Below are positions 25,024-37,870 of a DNA stretch of 64,000 bases, piece by piece (the first letter of the stretch is position 1; every line of letters starts with the position of its first letter). The notes under the pieces are model-generated. The model was not told the DNA's origin and did not search any database. It saw only the letters and a list, made by a program, of their open reading frames with translations. The position numbers and the translations under genes are program-made. The stretch spans positions 22,320,001-22,384,000 of the forward strand of contig OX597825.1 of the NCBI GenBank assembly GCA_951406725.2, in the 5' to 3' direction. Origin of the DNA: Octopus vulgaris (Eukaryota).

Positions 25024-25330
25024 CATCACTTAGGTTTTCGAGGGAGGATGACCTCCCTTTCCAAATATCATACGGGGAAAGAATTGTGTCTAAGGCCAGC
25101 TGGAGACGTCGATCTCCTGGGGCTAAAAGCGTCAGTAACACCCACCTCCAGTGGCTAGCCACATTCAGATTGCTAATACACTTTACGTTGTCGAGCGGTT
25201 ACTGTTTACATCTCGTTCGGAGATTTATTAATGCTTTCAGACAGTTTTTCTAAATCAGTGACTGTGGTTGCTGGGAAAAAACATTAAATATTATTTGCAA
25301 AGGTCTCCTTCATCGAAAACCGGTGTTTAC

Positions 25331-25375
25331 CATACGTTGACGAGAGGCAAAAACCTTGAAACTATAGTCCGTATG
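25331..25375 (+). ncRNA. Type I hammerhead ribozyme, U3 variant (unit 2)
   Basis: Same motif. The only difference from unit 1 is in loop II (caaaaa vs caaaat). Confidence 0.8.
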
Positions 25376-25759
25376 CATCACTTAGGTTTTCGAGGGAGGA
25401 TGACCTCCCTTTCCAAATATCATAAGGGCACAGAAATTGTGTCTAAGGCCAGCTGGGGACGTCGATCTCCTGGGGCTAAAAGCGTCAGTAACACCCACCC
25501 CCAGTGACTAGCCACATTCAGATTGCTAGTACAATTTACGTTGTTTTATAATAATTTCCAGAATGGACATAATTCGCGACATAGCTCCATATACAAAGCC
25601 CTTTTCGAAATCTAAGGTAAAACCGGTAAAGTGTATTCCTATATTTTAAAATATTTCAATTAATTCCAATAATTCTGTGTGTGCTTTCCTCCACTTCTTA
25701 TCAACTTCTATTCTTCCACTTGTTTGTACACCAGCCACATGGATCACAAGAATATGTGC

Positions 25760-26075
25760 ATGACATAGTAATCTCATATCAAGATAAACAGCGCATGACC
25801 TTGCAGGAGGGGCCCAGTTAGAATTATCTTCAGGTCGAATAGACCATCCCACACAAATGGTCCTTGAATAGGGCTGTTTAAAGACGTTGAATGAGACACC
25901 TTTCAAAATTCCTTTCAAAACATGGCTACTATGCTCCCCTACTACTTCTGCACGTAATCAGATATGCACATATCGTCAGCCACTAAGGGACATGCTCGTC
26001 TGATTATGGTCAAGCAACTGACAAATAAATCTGTGGTATTGAGCAGAATACTTGCTGTAGCCCATCTTTTATACA
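25760..26075 (-). mobile_element. Repeat family D fragment ((AAT)n-associated element)
   Basis: Reverse complement of part of 57093-57641 (gtagcccatcttttatac, gcacatatcgtcagccactaaggga). Abuts (ATT)n. Confidence 0.8.
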
Positions 26076-26106
26076 GGATGATTATTATTATTATTATTAT
26101 TATTAT

Positions 26107-26452
26107 TTTATTAACTCCGTCTTAGCGAAGGCGGTGGAATTGTTTCCAGTCGTGTTCGTTGCTTTCTTTGTTTGTCCTTGGAAAGATAACTCACAAACCA
26201 CTGGATGGATTCGGATTAAATTTTCAGGAATGTTTGGCATCGTGACCGTCAGAAACCGATTACATTTGGGGGATTATTTTCCCAGTGTTTTTTTTTTTTT
26301 TTGAGAGCGGTCGGGTTCATTTTTAGTATTTTCGTTTGTGAGAGCAGTCAAGTTTATTTCAGATATTCTCATTTTAAAAATCATCTCTGGCTAATCCTTG
26401 AGAGGACGCTGGTGTTGCCTTGGCAGAATATTTTCACTCTCTGAGTGCTCTT
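26107..26452 (+). mobile_element. Non-autonomous Helentron/DINE-like (HINE) element, diverged
   Basis: 5' ttattaactccgtc subterminal IR pairs with gccttggcagaa. Core ataactcacaaaccactggatggattcggattaaattt. 3' hairpin cactctctgagtg. T-rich flanks. Confidence 0.6.
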
Positions 26453-26479
26453 ATTTTTATTATTATAATTGGCTGAATA

Positions 26480-26900
26480 ATAATCTGATTGATTAAATAG
26501 TAAGCTTATTTTAGCTGTGTTTAAACCCGAATTATTTTTTGAGAGATGGAAATCATAACTCAATGTAGATCTTAAATAAACATTAGCTAAGAGCAGAAGC
26601 TCGGAATGCTATATTTTATATGAGACCCTTTCTGGAACCCTTCTATGATTTTAGTTACTTTCTTTGTTACATATCTCTCCTTTGCTTTTATGTTATTTTC
26701 ATAAGAAGACCTTTCAGTTATTGATTCACAGACATTTGCTTGGATCTTGATAGTATATTTGAGTAAATCTGCTGATATATTGACTTCGCTACTTATCCAC
26801 AATGACTGCCACTTATATTATTTAATTCTTCCTAAAAATATTGATATTTGTATTTGTTTTAACCCAATCTACAATGCTGGTTCTCAGTTTTCCATTTTTA
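26480..26900 (-). mobile_element. Interspersed repeat family E (probable LINE-derived), shorter copy
   Basis: Aligns along its length with 36805-37235. Confidence 0.75.
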
Positions 26901-27022
26901 TGGGACATGCTCAATTGATTAAGGTCAAATAACTGACAAACAAATATGTAGTATTGAGCAGAATATATGCTGTAGCCCATCTTTTATTCCAAGATGAAGC
27001 AATGTACATGATATGACTTTCA
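26900..27022 (-). mobile_element. Repeat family D terminal fragment, followed by (ATT)n to ~27266
   Basis: gggacatgctc...gtagcccatctttta matches 57150-57260 in reverse complement. Confidence 0.75.
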
Positions 27023-27041
27023 ATCAATAATTTTATTATTA

Positions 27042-27111
<70 letters not shown>

Positions 27112-27226
27112 GGTTATTATCATTATTATTATTATTATTATTATTGTTGTTGTTGTTATTATAATTATTGTTTTTGTTGTTTTTGTTGCTGCCGGTGCTG
27201 CTGTTGTTATTATTATTATTATCATT

Positions 27227-27257
<31 letters not shown>

Positions 27258-27844
27258 TTATTATTGTCATTGGCAAACTGTGCTGTATCTTTCCTGAACA
27301 ATTCACTTATGTTTGGTTACGAGGCAGTTTATATGAGTTCCATGTTAGTTACATATTGCTATTATGAAATGTTCCTTCTTACTGGACATAAAACATAAGT
27401 GCTTTGTGCGCTATTACCATTCAATCTACAGGAATGCATTCACATTTTATGTAAGGATGTGACCAAAAAAACAAAAAAAATACGCTTTTTATTCGAAACT
27501 TCTTTGTTTTATATATGTTGTATTTTTCTTTTTCAAAAATCGTTCGTTTCCATTTCCAACCTAAATATTTCAGGTTATATAAATTGAAATATGTGTCTTG
27601 TATGTTAAGTATTAACATTTATTTTCGGCATAGTATGAAATTTACGTACTTATTGATAGCGTTCACATGTAATAATTCTAAAGTTTATATTCCACTGTCT
27701 AATATAACTTTTTCTCTATCTCCATTCAATTTCTTACATATATACATAAGATTTTGAAATTTCTCGGGTAATATTTGATTCTGCTCTTCAAATATGTACA
27801 AAATATTTAGCACATATACATACACATCTTTCTCTCACTGGTAC

Positions 27845-28160
27845 TTAGTTCAGTCATTTCTTTACGACCATACTGGTGCACCGCTTTGAAGAATTTTAGT
27901 ACAATGAATCGACCGCAGAATTTTTTTTTTCTTAAGCCTTGTAATTACTCTGTATTCACTTTTGTCCAACCGCTTAGTTATGGTGACGTATGCACATCAA
28001 CAGCGGCTGTCAAGCGGTTGAAGGGGGACAAACCGAGGCACACACACACACACACACACATATATGTACATATATATGCTATGGGCTATATATTACAGTT
28101 TCCATCAACCAAATACACTCACAAGCATTTGGTGGGGCCGAGGCCATAGACACAGACATT
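27845..28160 (-). mobile_element. SINE family B, diverged and truncated
   Basis: cagtcattt...ggtgcaccgc...ggttgaagggggacaaac...cactcacaag. Confidence 0.7.
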
Positions 28161-28164
28161 TGCC

Positions 28165-28550
28165 CAGAGAGGACAAACAAGGACAGACAAAGGGATTAAG
28201 TCGATTACATCGAGCCCAGTGCGTAACTGGTACTTAATTTATTGATCCCAAAAGGATGAAAGGCAAAGTGGACCTCGCCGGAATTTGAACTCAGGACGTA
28301 ACGTCAGACGAAATACTTATTTCTTTACTACCCACAAGGAGCTAAACACAGAGGGGACAAACAAAGACTGACAAACGGATTAAGTCGATTACATTGACCC
28401 CAGTGCTTAACTGGTACTTAATTTATCGACCCCGAAAGGATAAAAGGCAAAGTCGACCTCGGCGGAATTTGAACTCAGAACGCAGCGGCAGTCGAAATAC
28501 TGCTAAGCATTTCACCCGGCGTGCTAACGTTTCTGCCAGCTCGCCGCCTT
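28165..28550 (-). mobile_element. SINE family A, dimeric
   Basis: Two bodies, head ctcgccgcctt at ~28550. Confidence 0.9.
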
Positions 28551-29949
28551 AAGCAATCTTCTTACAGCACAGCCATGCCTGCGCCTATTAATATTCAGAA
28601 TAAGCAACAGCGTCTGTTTCATCTACCAAGTGTTGAAAAACATATTGTTTCCTATTATTTAAAGTTATCCAACTGTCTGTCCTAACGTTCCAGCAAGGAA
28701 AGTTGTGCTTCTGTCTATGACCCAAATATCCCGCTTGTAAATTTGACAAAATGCCGCCCTGACAGAGCAAGCGCGTAGGACAGCGCCGAAGACGTAGTTG
28801 TTACTCGTTGTTAACGTTTAGATTTCACGATCAGAGCTTCAGCTGGAATACAAGTTCACGTGTGCTTCCCGTTCATATACACTTTGGGTTAGTGTGTTCA
28901 GTGGCAGCACATTTTGTCGTTGATTTTCGACTGTCGCAGAGGATTCGTTGACTCAGTCACCGGCATTTGTCGGAGCAGACGTAGATTGGGTTTGAACCGA
29001 ATGGTACACATGCTACTTAACTCATAGCTGGAACCCTAACAATAGCTTTTACTCCGGGTCAGAATAGACCTAGGAACAATCACGGCTAACACGTAGAACT
29101 CCCATACCATTGTTCCACTACCGAATTGAGTGTAAATTCTTATGCAAGACACCAATTTCATTATCATGGGATATGAAATGAAACGCGCATGGCAGTAACG
29201 TTTTCTTCTGACAACTGATGTATAGCTTCTGGTGTGTTTTAAGGATTCATGTGTTGTGTAGTGTACATGAATTATACAGGGATTTAAATAGTTTCATTGT
29301 GATTCCATAGAAAATGTATCAGTCTTGAGATGCACTCAGGACACCCGTTTGTAAATCATACAGCATTGTTGATATGTCTGATAACAACTACTGTCATACA
29401 GATGAGGAATCTTGCGATATTTGTCGTCGAAGAGATGGTAGCTTTTCTGTGTTTGTGTCTGGTGGTTATGCCGAAAGGGATTGCGTGATAGACGCCAACG
29501 AAAGAACTGAAAACAGACACTATTTCCTCGAAGCCCTTATGAACTTTTCAAATTCCATTTGGATAGATACGTAAAGGTGTACAAGGATGTAATGCCACCA
29601 TAAGATTTGTAAAAATGTAGGCGATAACTGTGAGAAAGTTCCGAGTGAATGAATCTACTTTAAGCATGCAACTTTAGGCTGAAATGTACGGAAACGAAAG
29701 AACCAATTGCTATCGTTTTCTTGTTGAGAAGAGTGACTCGTGATACGTGGCGTTCCTTTGACGACCCTGTGTAGCGGTTCCCTCATATATGTAAATCTTG
29801 ATGTAATTCGCTTGTTGTTATCGTTTCTTCTATTGGTTGCACGTATTTATGTAAATCCCCTATTTTACCCGTTACTTTGTGTTTTTGGTTGGCAATTTGT
29901 GTTTTTCAGCCCTCTTGACCAATAAGATATTATTGCTAATATCATTTGT

Positions 29950-29993
29950 AGAAGTAACAGTAGTAGTAGAATCAGCAGTAGTAGTAGTTGAAA

Positions 29994-30032
<39 letters not shown>

Positions 30033-30191
30033 AAGAAGTAGTAGTGGTAGTGGTGGCGTTGGTGATATGGTGGTAGTAGTAGAATAGTAGAAGTAGTAGT
30101 AGTAGTGAAGGAGGAGGTACAGCAGCAGTAGCACTAAAACGAGTAGTATTAAGAGTAACGATAGGAGCACTGTAAACATCAGCAGCAGTTT

Positions 30192-30226
<35 letters not shown>

Positions 30227-30340
30227 CGTGGGTGTTTTGGTTGTGGTGGTGGTGGTTTTGGTGATGGTGGCTGTAGTAATAGTTGTAGGAGTATTAGTAG
30301 TAGATGAGGAGGAGCAGCAGGAAGAGGAGAGGAGAGGAAG
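29950..30340. repeat. (GTA)n/(GTG)n/(GAG)n trinucleotide low-complexity tract
   Basis: Directly visible. Confidence 0.9.
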
Positions 30341-31147
30341 ACGTGGAGTGTTTCTTTTCTCAGCAAGACGTGTTACGGATCGCTCGTGCGATTACAAAAA
30401 TTTCATCGGATTACATGCTAAGCCGAACGGAATTTTTGCGTGAACTGTGTTCAGAGAGGTGGCTTTGTATTTCTGGTATTTTTCCCATTTGGAGAAAAAT
30501 AAACTTTAAATCCCTGAACAAATTATTTCTTTCTCCAACAAGTATTTCAGCCATGGCAACTAATGTATTTAAACGCCTCCATTCTTACGACAAACAACGA
30601 GCAAAAATATGCCTGTGAACAAAGTAACACAGACAGAAAATATGCGCACACACATAGACAGTTACACACATGTGCACAAAAATATCGTCAGTTGAATTTT
30701 TTCGAAGGAAATAATAAAAAATATTCATTTTTGTTCCTTTAGCCAGGAGCAAGAAAGTACAAATGATAATGATCAACCATATAATAACACGGCAGAGTTA
30801 TGTGTCTAAATGAATCTACCCTGCCTAAAACTCATTTCCAGGCAAAGGAATAAGCTATAGCTGTTTCGTAAACAACGGAGGCGATTTTGCGCTGCTCTCA
30901 CAAGAATATTTTAAGGAAAATACGGTGAAGCATAGGAAGATGTATTTTTCATAGAAAAGGGCAAAGCATGGAATTATCTGCCTGATATTAAGTAATCATG
31001 ACAAGGCGAAGCGACATTTCGAAGTAGTAGTTTACATGCAAACCCTTACCTGTGTCAGATAACATGAACCAGTGCAAAACAAGAGTTAAAGATATTTTAG
31101 CATTGGTAGTGTAATTAGCTTCGTTTGGTGCAAATTCTGTAACAGAA

Positions 31148-31450
31148 TGCTTGTTCCTTCTTGAGCCACGCCTGGTTCATAAGGGCAGGTTTCCCGGTTT
31201 CCTTGGCGTATAGGTTCCCCACCTGGACAGGACGCCGGTCCATCGCAGGTGAGCTGCAAGATGCAGGAGGAAACAGTGAGAGAAAGTTGTGGCGAAAGTG
31301 TCAGCAGAAGTTCGCCATTGCCTTCTGCCGGAGCCGCGTGGAGCTTAGGTGTCTCGCTCATAAACAGACACATTGCCAGGGCTGAGATTCGAACCCGCGA
31401 TCCCTCGACTGCAAGTCCGCTGCTCTAACCACTAGGTTATTTGCCTCCAC
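31148..31450 (-). mobile_element. SINE family C (subtype 2)
   Basis: Closely matches 34607-34910. Confidence 0.85.
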
Positions 31451-33785
31451 TGTATCGGAATACGTGGACGTAAAAAGAAATGATAATTTGTGGCAAATGT
31501 CAATTTAAATTTCGAGGAGTTTCATTCTTTCAGAATCGGAAGAAGGGAAAATCAAAGTTGACTTCGAAGGGATTTCAATTTTATGAAATCAACGCCACTG
31601 ATTGGTTGGCAGTTTGTTTTATGAGTTCTGAAACGAGGAAAAGCAAAGTCGATATTAGCAAGAGTTTATCCCAGCAAAATGTTTGCCTTGCTTTCATTTT
31701 GTACCAATCCATTGCACATCATTGTTTCGAATTTAGGCATAAGACAACAATGTGGATGAAGGGAGATAAGTGGAGCCTAGCAAGCCAAATACTTGGCTGC
31801 TACTCAATGATATCAATGCTGAAATGATGGTGTATAATGATAACACCAGCGATGAAGGGCCGGAACAAATACCGCGAGGCATTTCCCTTGTGTTTATAGA
31901 TTCTGACTGCTCACCACTTTTAAACACCAGCAAAGAAATAAGAGACATCATTTCATGGCTACAATATTCACTTGACTTTACAGAAGAACAAATAAAATTA
32001 AGACATATTCGTATCAAAGGTCTCTGAGTTAAATGAATCTGATTGTTGAAAAAGCAGCTAAATTTCACTTATTTCACAAATTAAAGAAATTATAAGCCCC
32101 ATAGTTTAAGAGATCCCCGGAGAGATTATGTTATGAAACATAGTGGATGATGAGATGTCGAACAGATATGGTTCTAGGCCTTCTCAAGTAGGTCTACCTA
32201 GAGTTGAATACATATCTGACATATGGAAATGTACCACGAGGCGTGTGAATGTTTTTGAGCCAGGAAGAATCAATGAACTTTTTGTCTGGAAATGAAGCTT
32301 TAACTCTCAAATACTATATAAATTGCACGAAATTTGTAAATGTGCAACTCACAATATATCACTGTTATATTTGTGGATATTTGTGGAAAAATTTGGACAT
32401 TTTAAAAACTGGTTGACACCTTCCTAAGCAGAAAACAGAAACCTTTGATAACTTCAAAATCACATAAAATTGGGAATTGTTGGTGGATAGAATATGACGG
32501 CCACAACGTAAGCTTATTTGCATTTTCTATTCGTATTGTAAATTGATGATTTACTCATAATTAATCTCCTTATATTTCTAATATTAGGAACACCTTTCAC
32601 TTGCGTATTTCGTCCAAATAGCTTTCAGTCTTTTTCTAATTCCTCTGCATCAACTTGGTTGATTGAACATATGCGAATGATCAAACACATCAGATACAAC
32701 ATATAAAGCAACATCCGTTTATAAATATATGCAATCACTCGTTTTAATGTCCAGTTACAATTACTACGCAAAGGACAAACATTTGAGGAAGTCAAAGCAG
32801 TGACACTTGGAGAAGATGGCTTAAGGTCAATATAACCGCACGGTGTTACACAGATCGCATAGTTTACTGCACCTGATTTTGAAAGACTATTACCAAATCA
32901 CTATATTATGTTATATCGTACAAATATAATGTTAATACTACCAGCTGATTTGTATGTCATGTATTGTAAGGATCGTACGACTACATCTGCTTAGCTATTT
33001 GCTATGATTTCTCTACTACTTCGGAGAGTATTGTTGTTTTTCCAATTGTGAAAATAGTTTTCGAAAATATATCTCCATAAGTTATTTCAGATGGGTATAT
33101 GATACCAACAACAAATAATCTAGTGAATGCAACCATCAAGACTGTTATATTTCCCTAATTGTTCAATCGCTGCATTGGAGACAGCGTAGTTACATAATCA
33201 ATATCCATGTCAAAATCTACAATACGAAGCTTCCAATATATTTTGACATTCCGAAAACTGCGTTCTCAAAATGTTTGGCGATAAAGAACTAGCACTGTGC
33301 TGTAATTATCTCCCGGTTGTATTGTGCAACTTGAATATTCCATGTATACGAATAAGGTGTCAACATAAGTGTACATTCTTTCAGTTTTCTGGAGACATTT
33401 TCCATGGAGAAGGATATTTGATTGGAATTATTTAGTTTGGTTGTTTTTATATCTATTTTCCTGTTTTGTGTCACATCTCCATTCCTTTCGAATTACATGG
33501 TATTAAAAATATCTATCTGTAATGCTTCATATTGACGGTTCAGCCACCCTATTGAATTGAGGTGATAACTGTAATAAAAATGCAAAGGAATCGTCTCTTG
33601 TATCAGTTAAAATCAGATTCCAAGGCGTTATTTACAAATTAAAGCCTATAAATGTCTGATTTGAAATCTTAATCTTCTGGTTTGGTTAGTAATTCTATAG
33701 ATTTTATAATGTTTCCTATTGCTTAAACGGGGGCCCTGAAAAACTAGAAACTAATTTTTTTCATAAGAATAAAAAAGATAAACGT

Positions 33786-34089
33786 CGCCCTTTTCTAGCC
33801 GAGCCAGGCTCATAGGCGCGGTTTCACGAGTTCTGTGGCGTATGTGTTCCCCCCAGCTGGACGGGACGCCAGTCCATCGCAGAGTTACTCAAGAAACAGT
33901 TAGAGAGAGTGAGAGAAGGCCGTGGTGAAAGAGTACAACAGGGGTAGTTACCACCCCTTGCCGGAGCCTCGTGGAGCTTTTAGATGTTTTCGCTCAATAA
34001 ACACACAACAACGCCCGATCTGAGAATCGAAATCACGATCCTCCGACCGCGAGTCCGCTGCTCTAGCCTCTGTGCCATTGCGCCTCCAC
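33786..34089 (-). mobile_element. SINE family C
   Basis: Matches 6529-6826. Confidence 0.85.
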
Positions 34090-34606
34090 AATTGTTTAAT
34101 AATGAAAGCATAATACTCGCATTTACTTTAAACGTCTTCTGCAGGCTGCTCTGAATTCTGATAATATCGTTATATGCTGTTTCTGGTTCCTCTACGACTA
34201 CCAACCAAATACTTACGTTAATGAAGAAAGCTCAGTCCAGACATAGGGGCTGCTACTATTATCAGGTAAATCACATTCAAATTTTCTGCTTTTGTCTTAA
34301 AATGAATAAATCTGACGGCTAAAGTACTTCTTAATATAATATGCTAGAGAAGAGATGGATTTCTGATTGAATGTTGATTGGAAAATTATGTTCAACATAC
34401 ATTGATATATGTTTCAAATTAACATATGGGCGCCAATGGACATGCAATTGTTCCCTCTAAATATTCTCACATGTATAGTATCAACGAAGAAGCATTACAA
34501 AGTAAGCCACAAATGCATAACATTTGAGGAAAATGCAGTAACAATGACTGTAAGAGCAGTCAATAACGATAATGATAACAATAAAGGCAATGATTATCAT
34601 CATGTC

Positions 34607-34910
34607 TGTTTGTTCCTTCTCGAGCCATGCCTGTCTCATTAGGGCCGATTTCCCGGTTTCCTTGGCGGATAGGTTCCCCACCTGGACGGGTCGACGGTCC
34701 GTTGCAGGTGAGCTGCAAGATACTGGAGGAAAGAATGAGAGAAAGTTGTGGCGAAAGATTCAGCAGAAGTTTCGCCATTACTTTCTGCCGGAGCCGCGTG
34801 GAGCTTAGGTGTTTCGCTCATAAACACATACATCGCCCGGCCTGAGATTCGAACCCGCGATCCCTCGACCACCAGTCCGCTGCTCTAACCACTAGGCCAT
34901 GTGCCTCCAC
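34607..34910 (-). mobile_element. SINE family C (subtype 2)
   Basis: Head gtggaggcac...gggttcgaatc on the minus strand. Confidence 0.85.
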
Positions 34911-34917
34911 AAAATAA

Positions 34918-35166
34918 ATGCGCCCTTTTAAAGCCTAGCCAGGCTCATGGGCCCGGTTTCCCGGTTTCTATGGTGCATGTGTTCCCCAGCTGGACGGGAC
35001 GCCAGTCCATCACAGCGTTACTCATTTTTGCCAGCTGAATGGACTGTAGCAAGGTGAAATGAAGTGTTTTGCTCAAGAACACAATGCGTCGCCCGGTCCA
35101 GGAATCGAAACCACAATCTTACGATCATGGTGCTGACACCCTAACCACTGAGCCACGCGCCTCCAC
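34918..35166 (-). mobile_element. SINE family C (short subtype 3), directly tandem to the previous copy
   Basis: Matches 50177-50423 in reverse complement. Confidence 0.85.
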
Positions 35167-36629
35167 ATTATCATCATCATTAATCTTCTAAGTAGCCAGC
35201 TGGGTCAATCGTTTGAATATCCGAAAATATGATTTCCACTATTTGTGCAGGTTCTGTACATTCAGAGCTCAAATTCTTACCGAGGTCAACATTGCTTTCA
35301 CGATTTCGGTATCGGTAACATAAAGTAACACGCAAGTATTAAGGGCAATATTCTAGACGAACACTCTCTCCTCTTTTAAAACATTATTATTTAGCTTCTA
35401 AAACCTGCAATCCTGCACACGATATGTTTCAGATATATCAGCAATTTACCTGTAGTATTATATCCATGTAAACTTAAAACAAAACCGAAATGAAAAGCAT
35501 CACACAATATTAGTAATAATCTTACAATACCTTTATAGAACTAAGATAACATATAACTTCATGGAATATTCTTATCTCGTTCATTGACTAATCACTTTAC
35601 TGCCAAAACATAACGACAAATATGAAAATAGTCACAGAAGAAGTTGGTCTAATTATGCAATCAAAATCCACCATTTATACAGAGATACGACAAACGACTA
35701 TCAGAAGTGAATATGGCATCGTAACTTGCTACAATGGGGAACACTAAATAAAAAGCAGCAAAATTTAATCAGAGTACCTTGTTGAATATTAATACCGTCA
35801 CCAATCTCATCAACCGTTATAGCAGGTTACACCTTTTCGCACAGTAACAACCCCCACCTCCTTAGCACTGTTGGAATGTTTTTACTGCACACAAGAAATT
35901 CTTGTATGCATAAACAATAGAGAAAATACCGAAGGCGCTGCAATAGCATCTCAACTAAACTGCTTTTCGTCTTTTTATAACCTTCATGCACAAATAATTC
36001 ACCAAGGAACAAGTTTTACGTAGACAACAACCTTCGTTCATTGACACAACTGTGGAGAATGGTATCCAGCATCTATTTCTCGGTGGACTACGTCATCAAC
36101 GCAAGACATTCACACATCAATAAATAGTTCCAAAACACGTTAACGAACTTCAAAAGGAGATAAGCTGCAACGGTTCTACCAGGAACTGTAACAAAATACA
36201 AAGATAGTCGAAGCACGACACTTGATAACATAAATATTGTATTTAATTACCTTTCTCGATTCTGTAACTTCAGGTTCCATCGATGATAACATTGTATTTT
36301 CTTTCTCTAGAGATTGAGAGAAAAAAAAACTATTTAACGCCTGAATATAGTTCGTAGATTATTTCCCCTGCCTACATATCTGAACGGTACAAATGAATAT
36401 CATTGCTTCAGAGCCAACAGTTTTGGGTAAGTTGAATTGTTAAGGCGGCCAAATTGTTCTAGGTAATACATCTTAATTTTTGCGTTGTGGGTTCCGACCC
36501 TGCAGATATCCTTTCGAGTGCGATAAAAGAGAGTAAATCCAAGAACTAGATGTCGATGTAATCGACTTGTCTCACTCCCTTCAAAACCAGAGTGCCTGTA
36601 CTAAAATTATAAAGAACAACTGCTTAACT

Positions 36630-36797
36630 TCCCAAGCTAAACCTAACATTCCTCTCGACTTTTCGTTTTTCTTTATCGCATACCTTGTTGTCAGCTGGGT
36701 ATGCTATATCTATGATCCAGCATAGTTTGTTTTCTTTCTCAATTAAGATTATGGCTAGCTTCCTATTCTCTATCTCATGGTTGCACTGAATCATATT
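36630..36797 (-). pseudogene. Restriction-like endonuclease (RLE) fragment of an R4/Dong-type non-LTR retrotransposon
   Basis: IQCNHEIENRKLAIILIEKENKLCWIIDIAYPADNKVCDKEKRKVER matches the RLE pattern IQCDxxIxxRRPDIVxxxK..C.IID.A.P.D..V..KE.EK..Y, with the catalytic PD mutated. Confidence 0.8.
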
Positions 36798-36804
36798 ATT
36801 ATTG

Positions 36805-37870
36805 TCTGATTTGTTGAACAGTAGGCTTATTTTAGCTATGTTTAAATTCAATCCCTTTTTTTTTTTTGAGAGAGAGATGGAAATCATAACTCAATATAGA
36901 TCTTAAAAGAGCATTGCCTAAGAGCAAAAGCTCAGAATGCTATATTTCATATGAGTTCCTTTTTGGAACCCTTCTATAATTTTAGTTACTTTCTTTATTA
37001 CATATCTCTCTTACGCTTTCATGTTCTTTTCATAAGAAGACCTTTCAGTTATTGATTCACGTATATTTGCTTGGATCTTGATAGTATATTTGAATAAATG
37101 TGATGATATATTTACTTCGCTACTTATTCACAATGACTGCAGCTTCTTTTATTTAACTTTTCTTAACGATATTGATATTCGTGTTTGTTTTAACCTAATC
37201 TACAATGGCGGTTTTCAGGTTTCCATGTTTATTGTTGTTTTTCTATTCTTGTATATCACTTATTTCCGTCCCCCAAAATAAGTTCATTATTAATAATTTT
37301 TTAATTCTGTTCTCCATATTATCAAGAACATAATTTCCATTCCTAAAATTTCCTGCTGTTAAATTATGCCTACATACATTTTTGTATTCTTTATAATAAT
37401 CTTTTTTATATTATCAAGGACCTAATTTTCATTCCTAAAATTTCCAGTTGTTAAATTATGCTCATATATATTTTTGCAGTCTTTTTTTATATTTTCTTTA
37501 TGTTGTTAAGGTTATATTTCTCTTCTCAACATATATTGCTTCTAGAGTTTAGATATATAATGTTTTGCATTTTACTGTAGTCATGTTAGCACTTCTAGCT
37601 TCGTAGTTTACCTTCACATTCTGATTTTCGCTTATATTTTACATTTGGTAGTTAATTCGTGCTCCTTGTATTTTCTAATGCATTTTTTCTCATGATTCTT
37701 CCACTTCTAATTCTGACTCTTTTGTTTTGTGAATTTATCTACTTTAGTTTGTTAAGTGGCAGACATAAGATCTGCTTTACATACAACTCGATGATTTTTT
37801 CCAACTTTATTGTGTTTACTGTAATTTGCAGTATGGCTTCCACTAATAGACAAGCAGTAAGAGGGAATAA
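36805..37870 (-). mobile_element. Interspersed repeat family E (probable LINE-derived), longer copy
   Basis: 36805-37235 is homologous to 26480-26900. A-rich minus strand. Internal ~110-bp duplication (37310-37400 / 37400-37500). Confidence 0.6.

Larger units (their letters stand above)
24887..25544 (+). repeat. 352-bp tandem duplication (~1.87 units) with one hammerhead per unit; retrozyme-like
   Basis: Unit 1 starts agacagtttt at 24887 and unit 2 at 25239. The units are highly similar, with scattered substitutions. Confidence 0.9.

Noticed and set aside
24907-25507. Duplicated 79-83-aa ORFs (KNIKYYLQRSPSSK...)
   Set aside because: Non-ATG starts and different C-terminal frames in the two copies. 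The RNA structure explains the conservation better.
24887-25544. CRISPR array or LTR pair
   Set aside because: Eukaryotic context with no repeat-spacer pattern. The units are directly abutting, with no TG..CA ends or internal region.
29374-29574. Possible piggyBac-like remnant (EEMVAFLCLCLVVM) or small ORF
   Set aside because: A single weak motif is insufficient.
31770-32027. 85-aa ORF with ordinary composition
   Set aside because: GTG start, no recognisable homology and no clear splice signals.
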